A DNA stretch of 64,000 bases from the human T2T-CHM13v2.0 reference genome, Homo sapiens. The stretch lies in assembly GCF_009914755.1 (NCBI RefSeq), contig NC_060931.1, one strand, 5' to 3'. The notes below the pieces were generated by a model. That model was not told the DNA's origin and ran no database searches. It saw nothing but the letters and a program-made list of their open reading frames with translations. Both the position numbers and the translations under genes were made by a program. Below, in pieces: positions 19,050-36,610 of the stretch; within the stretch, counting starts at the first letter, position 1, and the number at the start of each line of letters is the position of its first letter.

Positions 19050-20050
19050 TAGTGCAGCACGAACGGGACCCTAAAGGGGATTCCCGGTTTCCAACTGCGT
19101 CGGGGAGAATCCCACCTCTCTCTCGGACTTGGGGGAAGGCCAGGAGCCGGCGTAGCTGGGACCAAGGGTGCCAGGGGTCGAGGCCGAGCCTCACGGGCTG
19201 TCACTGCCCTGCAAGCGGTGCCTCGGGGGTCTGGACATACCTGGGACATGAGCCTGGGGGCGCTGCGGGACCGCGCCTCCCCTCCCCTCCCCGCAGCTGG
19301 CGGCCTTCGCGGGCCGAGGAATTTTGAGGTCGTCCGCACCTACGGCCCGGTGGAGCTGGCAGGCAGGGGCGGGGGCGGGAGAAGGACGGCGGGCAGGCCG
19401 GGGTGGGGTGGGGCTGGGGGCGCTTGTGACGGTGGCCGTGACCGCGGCATTAGGTGATGCGTCCTTGAGGGGCTGGGGGCTTCCGGGCGGCGAGCGGGGC
19501 GCAGTAGGAGGCTCTTAGAGACCTCGGAGGAAACCAGCCCAGCGCTACGGGACTGGCAAGAATGCGAAGAGGAACCGAGAGTGAACGGAGTGCGAGGCGC
19601 CGGGTCGGAGGCGAGAGGGGCTCTTCCGCCTTGCGACCCCTGGCCCCGCCTCCCGGTCCCTTGCCCCGCCCCTCTCGGCTCACCGCCCTGCCTCCAGTCG
19701 GACCCCGCCTTGCCCCACCCGCGCCCCGCCCCCAGGCGCCCTCTAGCGGCGGCGGCGATGGCGATACCAGTTTCTTTTTCCAGGGCTACCAGGTCTGGAG
19801 CTGTCTCAGGGCCGGCCAGGGAGCTCTCTCATGTGGACTGGGCGGAGGAGGAAGAGCTCCGGTCCAGTGGAGTCCCTGGTGAGGTCGGAGCATCCGACCT
19901 GTCCTCCCTCCCCAGGTCACCTCGCAAAAATTGGGGACAGTGTGGCCAGATAGAGGGTGGAGTCTGCAGGATTCTGAAACTGCAGCCCCTGGCATGGCGC
20001 CCTAACAGAGTCTCTGCTCCTTCCCTGGTGGGTGCGGACATGGCAAAGTC
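19050..20050. promoter_or_regulatory. CpG island / SPMIP4 promoter, with candidate non-coding first exon(s)
   Basis: Very GC- and CpG-rich compared with the flanks, with several GGGCGG/CCGCCC boxes. Minus-strand donor candidates: CAG|GTATGT (19240-19239) and GCG|GTGAGC (19683-19682). Confidence 0.9.
19735..19752 (-). promoter_or_regulatory. CTCF-like motif in CpG island
   Basis: The minus strand reads CCGCTAGAGGGCGCC, matching the CTCF core consensus CCASYAGRKGGCRS. Confidence 0.6.
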
Positions 20051-20252
20051 CTTTACTTGCCTCGTCCCCAGGGCCTAGCCCCACCTTGATTACCTCAGTT
20101 TTCCCCAAAAGATACAAATGTGAGCCATGAATCTGCACCTACAGGGTCATGAGTTCCTGTGATGGCTGAGAATAAGGGATGTCACCCCCCCTCGCCACCT
20201 GCCACCCCATCAAGGAATGGGATGTGAGGAGGTTAGGTTGTGTGTATATGTG

Positions 20253-20630
20253 TGATATGGTTAGGCTTTGTGTCCCCACTCAAATCTCATCTTGAATTGT
20301 AATACCCATAATCCCCGCTTGTCAAAGGAGAGACCAGGTGGAAGTAATTGGATCATGGGGGCAGTTTCCCCCATGCTGTTCTCGTAATAGCGAGTGAATT
20401 CTCACGAGATCTGATGGTTTTATAAGAGGCTCTTCTCCCTTCTCCCAGCACTTTTCCTTCCTGCCCCCTTGTGGAGAAGGTAACTGCTTCTCCGTGGCCT
20501 TCTGCCATGATTGTAAGTTTCCTGAGGCCTCCGCAGCCATGTGAGATTGTGAGTCAACTAAACCTCCTTCGTTTATAAATTACCCAGTCTTGGGCAGTTC
20601 TTTACAGCATTGTGAGAAAAGACTAATACA
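20253..20630 (+). mobile_element. THE1C/D solo LTR (MaLR)
   Basis: tgatatggttaggctttgtgtcccc...gactaataca termini. Confidence 0.92.
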
Positions 20631-20706
20631 GTGTGGGAGGCTAGAAATGAGCCTGCAGGAACCAGAAGGTGAGGGTGAGAATGACCACCTCTGAGAAGAA
20701 GGGCGT

Positions 20707-21228
20707 TGAAACTGTGTGCCAAAGAGTTAAAGAAAACAGTCATAGAAATTCTTGAGTTTACAGGATGGCAGATAAAAGAAACAAATTGCTGAAATGCTGA
20801 AATGCCTGGGCTTGTAGGTTAATAAAACTGGCTGAAATCCATTGGAACATATAAGGCCAACTAGAGTCTGCACAGATCCAGCTTGCTGACCTTACAGCTG
20901 AATTTCTACTGCCATGTTTCATACTAACTCCTCACTGAATTTGCACGTGGAACCCTTAGGTAGCATGAAGAAATAAGAGCACATGCGCAAGGACTTTTCA
21001 GACTTCCTCTTTCCTTCCACCAAGCACCTGCTAATCCCAGAATCCACACTCAAAACCATTTCTAATAAAATAATTGTCCTAAAGCCAGCACAGGGAGACA
21101 GATTTGAGCTGGACTTCCTATTTCTTTGTTGGTTGACATGCAATAAAAGTTTTTATTTTATCAAAAACCCAGTGTTATAGTATTGACTTCTAGTGCCTCG
21201 GGCAGCGAGCCTCCTTTGCTTGGTAACA
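20707..21228 (+). mobile_element. ERV1-class solo LTR (subfamily uncertain)
   Basis: tgaaactgtg...aataaa (21142)...ttggtaaca terminus. Confidence 0.7.
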
Positions 21229-22468
21229 GTATGATGGTGCCTTTGCTATTCTCTGCCTACTTTACAACTTTCTACTAACCAACCAGTGGGCATTCATTTT
21301 GTGCTGTGCCTTCTATGTGAGTGTTACCTGGAGTGGGGGAAGAAAGGTGTATTGAAGTAGGCACAGTGGTAATTTTGTAGTCTTGGTTTATTTCTTAGTT
21401 CCTGCACCTCTGCCGACCTTCCAGTAGTTACCACCCACTAAGCCTAGAGGAATAGATCCTGCTGGAGACAGAGTTGTGTATTAGGTGAAACTGGCTTTTA
21501 TCTTTGACATCTTTATTTCCCCTCCAATTTCTGGTAGTTCATTGTAAGCTTTTGCCCCTTTTCTGCTCCTCTGTGTTCAGGATCTCCCATTAAATTCCTT
21601 GTCTCCCCAGCCCATTTCATGTCCCCAGTCTTCCAGTACTTTCTATACTTCACCTTTTTCTCATCCTCAACCTTAGTCCTATTTTCCCATGGCTTGATTC
21701 TTCCTGGGAGGAATAACTGAGCATGATAGATTTAATCAGAGGCATCTGATGAAGATGCATCACTAGCCATGTATGTACATGGATGGTGGTGACACCGGAG
21801 AAAGTGTGTCAACTCCAGGTTGAATGATCAGGATATGCCATGTGATAGCCTCCAGGTTCTAGGGGATTTGAAATTTTATTTTAGGTCAGATGAGTGTAAA
21901 AGGCAGATAAATGTAATTATTTTTATCTTTATCGTTTTTCAAATAAAATGTACCGGCAAGAAAAATTCATTGTCAGATCGTTGTGAAACAATTGTTTTCT
22001 TTGAAAATGCTTCTCCATCTGAAATTTTCAGGGATATCAGGATTGGGTCTATTTGTTTGACCAACACTCGTTACTCTTAGCTTTTGTGATTTAACTCACT
22101 CCATCTCAGCCAGGATGTGATCTCAACAACACAAAGTAGCCTCCTACCCAGGGATGCTCAAGTGACGAATTTCTTAGGTATAACATGGCCAGGGGGCCAG
22201 TAGCCTCAGATTGCCTTCTTTTGACTTCTCACATGTTGATCTTGTCACCACCTCATTTTGCTAGTAATCCTTCAAGCAGGGAAGATGAAATTTGGCAATG
22301 AAAATAATATATGCTTAGAATACTGTGGGTTGATGACAATTCCAAATCACAGTTAGACCTTTCACCTTCAGGTAAAGAATAAGTAGGAGGTAGATAATAA
22401 CATAAAGCATGAATTACAGTCTATAACCTTTCTTTTAAGTCTGTTATAGAGACCAGTAAAATGAATGA

Positions 22469-22779
<311 letters not shown>

Positions 22780-25112
22780 CAGTGAATATTTTTTACATGA
22801 AAAAACAATTTGGAGTCTGGTGCCTTGCTTAGAAGATGTGTTGGAAAGTGTCTCAGTAACGTTAAAATATGCATCTTTAAAAATTGAAAAACTTAAAGCC
22901 TTGTTGATTTCAGTATATGTATCTTCTTAGTAGGATGACAATTAAAAGTATGTATATTCTGCTGACTTTAAACTACAAATGAGTTAAATTACACTTTAAT
23001 ACTTTTTTGGTACTAAATAATTTAACCTAAGTTCAGTACTTTAAATTCTTCTCAAAACATATTTTCTTTCTTTCATAGTTGTTTATTATAAAAACGCAAT
23101 CAGCTTTTTTGTGGGTGTCATTTCAATTTTTTTCTTGAAGAGGGTTATTTTTAAAGAGCATTGTAATCTCAACAGTCTTTATGGTTGTAGTCATGTCAAC
23201 TATGATCAATTGAATAAGCCTAGAAATGTAATGTGCAGCACAAGGATTATAATATTCATAATATTGTATTGCATACTAAAATTTTTCTAAGAATGTAGAT
23301 TTTAGATGTTCTCCTCCTCCAATAAAAAATTTACTGTGTGAAAAACAATAATAATTTTTTTTTTGCCTTGAGTAGCTAAGGAACTAGGTGGTCATTTAGT
23401 AGTGAACACTGAAGTGACGTTGATGCACACATTTATAAAATGTGCTATTTAGTAAACAGTTACCTAGAATGCATCAGGGGTTGTCCTAGCACCTACAATC
23501 TATGGGGACATGGAGCCATGGAGAGTCATAATCAGTGAGGTAAGTGCTCGACTGGGGCCAGCACTCTTGCTGTAGGGGTCCATGGTCACCTAACCAAGAC
23601 TCTTGTGCTTCTGATATCATTCCCTTGGAAATGTCTGAAAAGCAATGTAAGGTTCTTCTATTTAGAAACATGATCATCAGGACCCTTTAGCGAGGTGACC
23701 CGGCCATGTGCCCTTGGTTACATGCAGTTGTTTGTCCTTGTGGCCTCCCTGGCATCTTTCCTTTTATCTTTCTTTGCATCTTCCTACATGGATATTCTAA
23801 CATTTTGTCCCATGAATTTGAGTTCCTTCTGGGTAGCCTTTTTCTCTCTAATCTTAAACCTCTGCTCAGAAGACTCAGTGGTCAGTCTCTATTCCTCTGT
23901 CATGATTCAATGCTTTGAACTATGACCTATATACAGATGGCCCCATGTGCTATCCCTACTGCCTGGTTGAGTGAAGTTATGTAGAATATGTTTTCCACAT
24001 ATGTATTAAGTTCCACTACTTAAGTTTCTTCTTCACTGATCCACACACACAAATATGGATGAAACGTGTATTCGATAGAGAGGGTGGGCATGGCACTTCT
24101 AGATGCAACTGACAGGAAGACATGCTGTCCCCCGGGGGCTCCAGCTGATGAGGACAGTCCGGGAGCATCCTGTGGTGTCACATTCTGTACTCAGGGCATG
24201 GTGATACCTAGTCAGGGAGGGAAGATGCGGTAAGTACCCAGCATCTTCATCGCCTCCTCCCTCACCACTCGCTCTGTAACCCCAGCCACCGGGGACTCCT
24301 TCTCCATTTCCATAAACCTGACATTTCCAGAATGTCATGTCAACTGAATCATACAACAGGGAGCCCTTTGGGATTGGCTTTTCTTGCTCATCATAACTCT
24401 CTGGGGATGCATCCAGGGTGCGGCTGGGGTCAGTAGTTCCTTCCTTTTCGCTGCTGACTTGTGTTCCATGGTACAGATGTTCCACAATTTCTTTATTCAT
24501 CCATGGGAAGAAATGAGGTTGTTTCCAGTTTTGTGATTATTATTATGAGTAACACTGTGGTACACATTTCTGGACAGTTTTTGTGTGAACATTAGTTTTC
24601 ATTTTTCTGGCTCAAATTTGACTGCTGGGTCATATGGTACTTAGAAAATTATCACTTCCCCAGGTCTTTTCTTGAAACAAAATATTTAAGATAAATATTC
24701 TTTAAAGAGATAGGCAGCAAAGGTGGAAAACATTTTCTCTTTTTTTCATTGTGAAATTGTAAACATTCACAGTTGTATGTGGGCGTTTTTTGTAGGAAAA
24801 TCAACCCATTGAAAGAGATAAAATACCCCTTTCCTCTCTTTTTCCTGTCTCTTACATCTCCCTTACCATTTCTGTCTTTTTAAAACACCTTGTAGATTCA
24901 CCAGACCAGAGTACTTGGGTAGCAGTGCCAAGATCAAGCACAGTGATTGCCATAAGTAACAGGAGTTCACGAATCAGCTCACCATGAAGAAACTGCCCAT
25001 TGTAGACTGTTCCTATCTCAAAATAGTTGGCTTTCCAGAAAGCCAACTCTAGTGGCAGACTCGGTTTTTAGCCCACAGTACAACTTGCAGCCTCTTGGTT
25101 TGGTGTGCAGAG

Positions 25113-25412
25113 TTGTTTTTTTTTTTTTTTTTTTTGAGACACAGTCTCACTCTGTCACCCAGGCTGGAGTACAGTGGCACAATCCGGCTCACTGCAACTT
25201 TTGCCTCCTGGGTTCAAGCGATTTTTCTGCCTCAGCCTCCTGAGTAGCTGGAATTGCAGACGTGCATCACCACACCCGGCAAATTTTTGTATTATTAGAG
25301 ACGGGGTTTGCCATGTTGGCCAGGCTGGTCTTGAACTCCTGACTTCTGGTGACCTGCCTGCCTCGGCCTCCCAAAGTGCTGGAATTACAGGCGTGAGCCA
25401 CCACGCCTGGCC
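25113..25412 (-). mobile_element. AluS
   Basis: Antisense dimer with poly-T. Confidence 0.9.
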
Positions 25413-26729
25413 AACATTTTTAATAATTGCGGCAAGTCAGCAAGAACACAGAGGAAACAAGAGGGTGTGAGTGAATTGTCCTTCTGTCTGTGCTGTGGTA
25501 AACAAAAGCAGTGGCCTCACAGTGAAAGTAGGATGTGAGCTACTCTTCTAGGGGAGGGGAGTGGTTGTGAGAGAGTGGTTGTGTTTTTATTACTTCTACC
25601 CAAATTCCTCCAGCTACTCCCTCCTCAGGTTTTCTGTTGTTCTTTTACTTTAGAACAAAGGCCCTCAGCATTAGGATCCAGTACAGGAGTTGGCAAGCTC
25701 TTTCTCCAAAGGCCCAGATAGTGAAGGTGCCAGGCTCCACGGGCCACATGCGATCATACAGTCTCTGTTGCATGTTCTTCTTTCATTTTACAACTCTTTA
25801 AATGTGGAAAGCACCCATTCCTAGCTCACTGGCTGGAATGCGTGACTCCCGATCTAGGCAAAAGACTGTCTTCTGTCTGGTGAAAGAAACAAGTTGTTCA
25901 TTTATTCTGCCACGAGTCATGGGTCTTTGTTTGGTTGTCTATGCTTTGCTGTGTTTGCTGTGAGATTACTTTTTGTATCCTTGGTGTTACACGGAACAAT
26001 CCCATCATTTGAAGACTTGACTGGAACCCTGTAAATGAGGACTTGTATGGATTACCATTGTGTTATTGAATCTGTAATTCCATGTGTAGCTAAAAGGCAA
26101 TTCAGTAAAATACAATGAGATACACAGGCACATGTTATCGGAGGAAGACCCTGAAGCCTCCAGTGACATTTCTGGTCTTCTTTCCTCTTCTCTCTGCCTT
26201 TTTCCTATTTCTGCAGTGATTTGAACACTCAGCCAAGCTGCAGCGGACAATCACCACGTACATGTTCCTTGCCCTGGAGCTGGACATGACCCCTTTCATG
26301 GCCTCCAGGTAGGCGGGGGTGTTGGCCTGTTCTGTGTCCAGAGGGACTGTGATCAGGACAGGAACCCAGCTCGGAGCTCCTGTGATAAGATGACTGTTGA
26401 TATTAATATAAACCCCACCTTCCAAAAACCTATTTATCCTAATCCTAAGATAAGACACATTTTAATGAGTTTTTTTTTCCAGGTACACTGTTTTTGCTTT
26501 GAATGTTTCTCTAACAATTTTGAATCCACTTTCAAACTGGCAAAGTCATCAAGGTGGGATCACAGCGAGAAGGCAGAGCTTTAATTGGTGGAACAGGTGT
26601 TGAAGTACAGACAGACATCGTTGCTTTTGCAGTTGTAGATTGCATTTTCCTTTTCAAATATGTAATATCGTGGGGCCCTTGGAATTTAAGCCTCCAGAAT
26701 ACCATGCTGTTTACTAATGTGTGAGACAC

Positions 26730-27165
26730 ATATGAGTTTCCTATGGAACTGTGACAAACAACCAAAAACTTGGAAGCTTAGAACCACAGAAATTAATTTT
26801 CTCACAGTTCTAGAGGTTGGGAATCTGAAATCAAGGGGTTGGCAGGGCCCCACTTCCTACAAAGGGTCTAGGGGGATTCCATTCCTCACAGCCTCCAGCT
26901 GCTGGTGTTTCCATATGTTCCTTCTGTGGCCGTGTCCCTTCCCTGGCTTCCAGGTCACACAGCCGGCTCCCCCGAGTGTGTGTCCAATTTCCCTCTGCTT
27001 CTCTGTCAGAAACAGTGGTCATTGGATTCGGGGCCTAGGCAGATCATTCCAGGAGTGTCTCATCTCGATATCCTTACCTTGATTCCATCTGCAAATACCG
27101 TTTTCACAAATGAGGTCCCAGTCTCACGTTCTGAGGGTTGAGATGCGGATGTTATGATTTGGAGG
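26730..27165 (-). mobile_element. MLT1-type MaLR LTR
   Basis: cagaaattaattttctcacagttctagaggttgggaatctgaaatcaagg...catctgcaaatacc. Confidence 0.7.
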
Positions 27166-28384
27166 ATGTTATTTTTTAGAGGGCCACCGTCCCAGTGCCA
27201 GCACTGTAAAAAGCATGTTGCCTTTTGTTAGTTATCAGCCTCTTCCTGGTGTCCTTTCTCATGGCTGTCCCACCCATCTTGTGGCACACAGATGTCCTCT
27301 TGAATAACACAAGATCACCAGAGTCAGAGCTCTGTGTTGTCAGCCTGACCACGACGTCACATACCGAGGGAGGTGACAGTACTGTTGCTAAGGTCAGGGT
27401 CTCAAAGATCTTGTGTTTTCGGCCAACCACAGCCATGGGAAAACACGGCAATAACGCGTGGGACTTCCTGTTCCCAGCACCCGCATCTCCCCCATCTCAC
27501 CAGGAGAGGTGCTGGTGGAGAAATAATGAGCAGCAATCTTTGCCCCTTTTGAGGAAGCAGTTGTCTAGGTTGTGGAATGGATTTGACTTACCCTTTTCAA
27601 ATGAACCCTTTACATGTGGGAGGAAGAGTGCCTTCACCATCTCTGTGTCACACACCAAAGTCACATTTGTCCCAGATCCAATTCCCATCACCAGGCCCAT
27701 TCAGGACCCAAGTTGGAAGGGCCAGGGTCCAGGCCAGGTGACTCTGGGACCCAGGTGGGCTCTGCCTCGGTATCCTCACAAAACGTGGGGTGATATTTAC
27801 CTGAAACATAAAGTGCACCCCAGTGCAGTGTCTGCATGGTCGGGCCCGGATAAGTGTTGGTATCATGAGAGCCTTGTGTCTCTGTGTCTGATGATTTTAA
27901 ATGATGCTGAATTCTGCTGTTGTTTGTTATAGCAAAGAGAGCGGGATGAATGGACAGTCCCAGCAGCCCATGGACAGTCTCAATAACAACAAGTAAGTGG
28001 TGCTCAGCGGTGCAGGTGTCAGGGGCCTGTGGCGGAGAGCCAAGGGTGGGCTCCTGTCTGCCCTGCAGGGCGCCCAGCAGAGCTCCTGCCACTGACCAGC
28101 TTCCTGCCTGGCTGTCTGCGGCTCTGCTAGGAGAGGCTGCTCCATGCGGCGCCACAGATGCTCCCTCCTGTTGGAGGAGCCCATCTCAACTCCTGGGTGC
28201 TGGGAGAAGGGAGGTTCCATCTGGAAAGCTCAGTGTCCATTCTTCTTGCCTTGTTTTGGACTAAGCTCATGCACTAGGCCCCACCTGTGGGGTCAGGATA
28301 GACCACATGGATCGGGAGGCTTCAGGAACTGTGCTGAAGATGGATCAGGTGACGGTTGTGCTCTGGGTGGGAGGAACAAAACAA

Positions 28385-32700
<4,316 letters not shown>

Positions 32701-34318
32701 AACCTTTTTCCAGAGTGTTTCTGGGAGGGATGGTCCCCCTGGGTCTTCTCCAGGACCAAGGCCCCAGAGTTCTCTTGTTCTTTTTCAGTGACCCAGGAAA
32801 ACGAAGCCCCCTCCTGTATTGACAGCTGGGAATTGTGGAGTCTGCCATCCCTCCTCTTGAGATGGGGTCTCCACTAGCACAGAGGCTGCTTTGGAGTCAA
32901 TAGATCATTTTTTCCCCAAACCAAACACCCTCTTTGCTTGGCTGGTGTTGTTCCTAAGGCAGCTTCACTGGTGAGAGTGAGTGAGGATTGAAGTAGAATA
33001 GAGCAGTCACCAGATGTCTTGCTTCCTACAGAAAACTGGATATCTTCGTGGTCCCTGAATGATCCCAGGAGGCTGAACCTATAAAGACGTCTGGTCCCTG
33101 ACCCCTTCTGCCTCCAGGTGCCCAGAACAGCCTATCGTGGGCCTTCACCCTTGGCAGGTGGATGCCGTTGTCTCAGCTAAGGTTGAGAACTACCAACCTG
33201 GGTAATTTGAGCAAAATATTGAGGACCAAATAAATATGGCTGGGAGAAATCTCATCTTCATCCATCTCCTTTATTCCAAAAATAAATTTTGAGAAGCTTC
33301 CAAAATCATATGTAATATGGTAAGATGTTTGAACTTTTATGGGATCTGGGAGGGGGAAACCTTGGAAAGAGGGGAGGGCTCTCAGAGAGGGTAAACTTTG
33401 AACTGAGGATTGCAGGATAAGGAACATTCCCTCTGACCTGAGTGAGAATGGAGGAAATAGCATTCCTGGCAGAGGGAAAAGCCAGGCAAAGCCCTCAGGG
33501 CAGGAATGAGAAGTGGAGGACTTCTCTGAGAATGAGCTTCATATGGCCTGGGACAGTGGGTCCTGGAGAGTCAGGAGGGCTGAGGTTGAGAGGACACCAG
33601 GGCCAGGCCGTGTGGAGCTTGAAAGCCCCCCGCACCAAATGGAGATTTCATTCTGACTGTGTTCAGCATGGTTTTCAGCAATGAGGAGGTGATCTGACTG
33701 ATGTTTGCAAACATTGCTCTGGCTTCCAGTTGCCGACTAGGAAGTAGAAAATCAGAATGGGCCTCACTCCTCTGGTAACAGTAAAACAACAGATAATCTA
33801 CAAGATCATACCTTTCCCTGAACCCATCAGAAGCTGAAGTCACAGGGCAACCATTCAGCCTGAGGTTGAAGGAAGGCAGGAGCCTCTGAGAAGAGGAGGT
33901 GTGAACATGGCTGTCTGTGGCCAAGCGTGAGAAGGAGACAGCCCTGCCACACAGGTGGGGAAGACTGGCTCAGTCGATGCCTTTAAAGAATCACTGAAGG
34001 CTGTGTTTGAGTCAGCATGAAAGTGTGGACCTCCTGGGATCTTTGGACAAGCAGAGTTCACACTCTCTTGCAGGTGCTTCTCTATAGAAGGCCACTGAGC
34101 CCCACTCACACATGAATGTATTGGGCACAGAGTGGGAGACCAGATAGAGCCTCCCACAACAGTGCCAGCTTGGGGCAGGGGAGCAGCTGCCACTGCAGGA
34201 AATGCACAAAGCTCTTCCAGACTCTTCTTCCGGAACAAACAAAAGCCATACCTTTTGGGGAAAGGGCAGAAAACCCTGCTGACCTCAGGCTGCAGGAAAA
34301 TCCCACTGAGGTTGGTGG

Positions 34319-34790
34319 TGTGAAAGGAAAATAAATCTTGGTGCCCCAGAATCACTAAGCTAAAAGGAAAAGTCAAGCTGGGAACTGCTTAGGGCAAACC
34401 TGCCTCCCATTCTGTTCAAAGTCACCCCTCTGCTCACTGACATGAATGCATATCTGATTGCCTTCTTTGGAGAGGCTAACCATAAACTCAAAAGAATGCA
34501 ACCATTTGTCTCTTATATACCTATGACCTGGAAGGCCCCTCCCTGCTTCAAGTTGTCCCATCTTCACCTTGAATTGTCCCACCTTTCCAGACTGAACCAA
34601 TGTACCTCTTACACATATTGACTGATGTCTCAAGTCTCCCTAAAATGTGTAAAACCAAGGGGTGTCCCTACCACCTTGGGCACCTGTCATCAGAACCTCC
34701 TGAGGCTGTGTCATGGGTGCTTGTCTGCAACCTTGGCAAAATAAACTTTCTAAATTAACTGAGACCTGTCTCAGATATTTGGAGTTCATA
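34319..34790 (+). mobile_element. MER4A-type solo LTR (ERV1)
   Basis: tgtgaaaggaaaataaatcttgg...aagtcaagctgggaactgcttagggcaaacctgcctccc...aaataaactttctaaattaactgagacctgtctcag. Confidence 0.88.
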
Positions 34791-35538
34791 TTGGGAAGGA
34801 AAAGAAAAATGCTCATGGCAATTGCAGGCAGGAAATTGTCCCAGTCCATTAGAGTGCCCCTTGTCCTGGGGAAGAAAGGATGGATAAAAAAGCCTCATTC
34901 TCTGGGCCCTGGAACACTGGGCCTGCCTCACACTGAGTCTGGAACAAAACGACAGACAGTGGCCCTGACCCCACACCAGTTCAACAAGCACCAAGTAACA
35001 AGTAATAGCAGTCTACAGCAAGGGACAGCCAAAAAATGTGGATGGGCACACGGGGAAGGTGTAAATCTGAGGGTGGAGCATGAATATTGTGAGCCCAGCC
35101 CTTACCCAGGGACGCAGTAGCACTAGGGGGATTTGAAGCCAGTGGTGCATTGAACTAAAATGGCAACAGCAAAACCCAGACCCAGTTGAACTCATCACTA
35201 GATCAACTCAACCCCTCATACCAGCAGGTAGTAGAAGGAAAGGCATGCCCATTTCCGGGCATAAATACTTCTTGCTTCAGTCTCTACTGTCTTACACATG
35301 TCAAACATTCAATCAAAGATCACAGGACACACAAGAGCAACTGAAAACAACCCACTGTCAGGGGAAAAATCAATCAACAGAAACAGACTCAGGTGGACCA
35401 CATGCATGACTAGATGGGGAATGTCAACAGAGAGATGGAAGCTGTAAGGAAGAGTCTAATGGGAATGCCAGAAGAAAAAAAAGTGATGGTAGCAGAGATG
35501 AAGTATGCATTTGACAGGCCTATCAGTAGACTCAACCC

Positions 35539-36116
35539 TGTAAGAATTAAAGAAAGAGGAAAGAAACACAAAAGGTGGCTTGGCAGTTAAGGACAGGTTT
35601 ATTTTAGAGAAAACGAACCTGAGAGGGGCTTTTGGCTGAGTTAGGGTAGAGGCACATTTTTTTACAGACTAAGAGTGTTTAAGGATTTAGGGTAAGAGAG
35701 TTTGTTGGAGGCTTGGACACTTTTGTGTTTTTTTGTTGTGTTTATTTGGGAGGGAGAGTTGTGTGTTTGTTTCCACACTTTTTTTTTTTTTTTTTTTTTT
35801 TACAGCTGCAGGCATACCCCCTGAGTTTGCATTTAGCTTCCCTATCTTAGTGCACCCGAAGGGAAAGGAATGTGCTTATTAAGGCCCACTGTTTTACTGG
35901 GCCTATTGTATGAGAGTGAAGTTTGGCAGTTACCCAAGAGACTTTCCCCTACTTTCCTCTGTGCCGGGGCTGTGTTATCTGTGTTTTACTGTTTGCTCTT
36001 TCTGGCTGATTGTAGTTAGAAGAGAAATGATTTCCTTGAAATGCATGAGGCTAGAAAGGGAGCTGGGATTTAAAGTGACGGTGTTTGTCTGAGATGATGG
36101 TGCTCCTGCTCTGTCA
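35539..36116 (-). mobile_element. ERV1 solo LTR (MER41C/D-like), apparently G-to-A hypermutated
   Basis: The minus strand starts TGACAGAGCAGGAGCACC and ends TTAATTCTTACA, with AATAAA at 35603-35598. Confidence 0.8.
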
Positions 36117-36323
36117 AACACAACTGAAGAACAAAGCAGTGAACGTGAAAGTTGATTGAAATTACCTAAACTGTGACCGAGTGAGACCCTGTCTCAAAAC
36201 AATAAATAAACAAATAACCTAAACTGAGACACAAAGAAAAGAGTGAAAACAAAACAAAACAAAAAAATAGGGCACCAAAGCTGTGGGACAACATAAACAG
36301 TTTGAAGAGATGATGGCCAATAG

Positions 36324-36610
36324 TTTTTTATTTTTTTTTTGGTGACAGAGTTTTGCGCTTGTCGCCTAGGCTGGAGTGTAATGGCATGACCTCTGCTCAC
36401 TGCATCACTGTAACCTCCTTCTCCCGGGTTCAAGTGATTCTCCTGCCTCAGCCTCCTGAGCCACCACACCTGGCTAATTTTTGTATTTTTAGTAGAGACA
36501 GGGTTTCCCCATGTTGACCAGGCTGGTTTTGAACTCCTGGCCTCAAGTGATCCCCCTGCCTCGGCCTCCCAAAGTGCTGGGATTGTAAGTGTGAGCTACC
36601 GTGCCCGGCC
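36324..36610 (-). mobile_element. AluS with small internal deletion
   Basis: Antisense dimer lacking tagctgggattacagg in the right arm. Confidence 0.88.

Larger units (their letters stand above)
33760..36300 (+). mobile_element. Old L1M 5'/ORF1-region remnant, interrupted by two LTRs
   Basis: ORF1-like text (gaatgtcaacagagagatggaa; tttgacaggcctatcagtagactcaac...ctgaagaa) resumes after each LTR. Confidence 0.6.

Noticed and set aside
18997-20138. Numerous overlapping ORFs in the CpG island
   Set aside because: Stop codons are scarce in GC-rich DNA; only the ATG at 19758 was kept as a candidate.
24852-25046. ORF with TVLDLGT resembling methyltransferase motif I
   Set aside because: The GxG glycines are missing and nothing else resembles a SAM-binding fold; the splice signals point to the opposite strand.
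27225-27932. 235 aa plus-strand ORF
   Set aside because: Non-ATG start, no recognisable domain or splice context; overlapping ORFs on both strands suggest chance in moderately GC-rich DNA.
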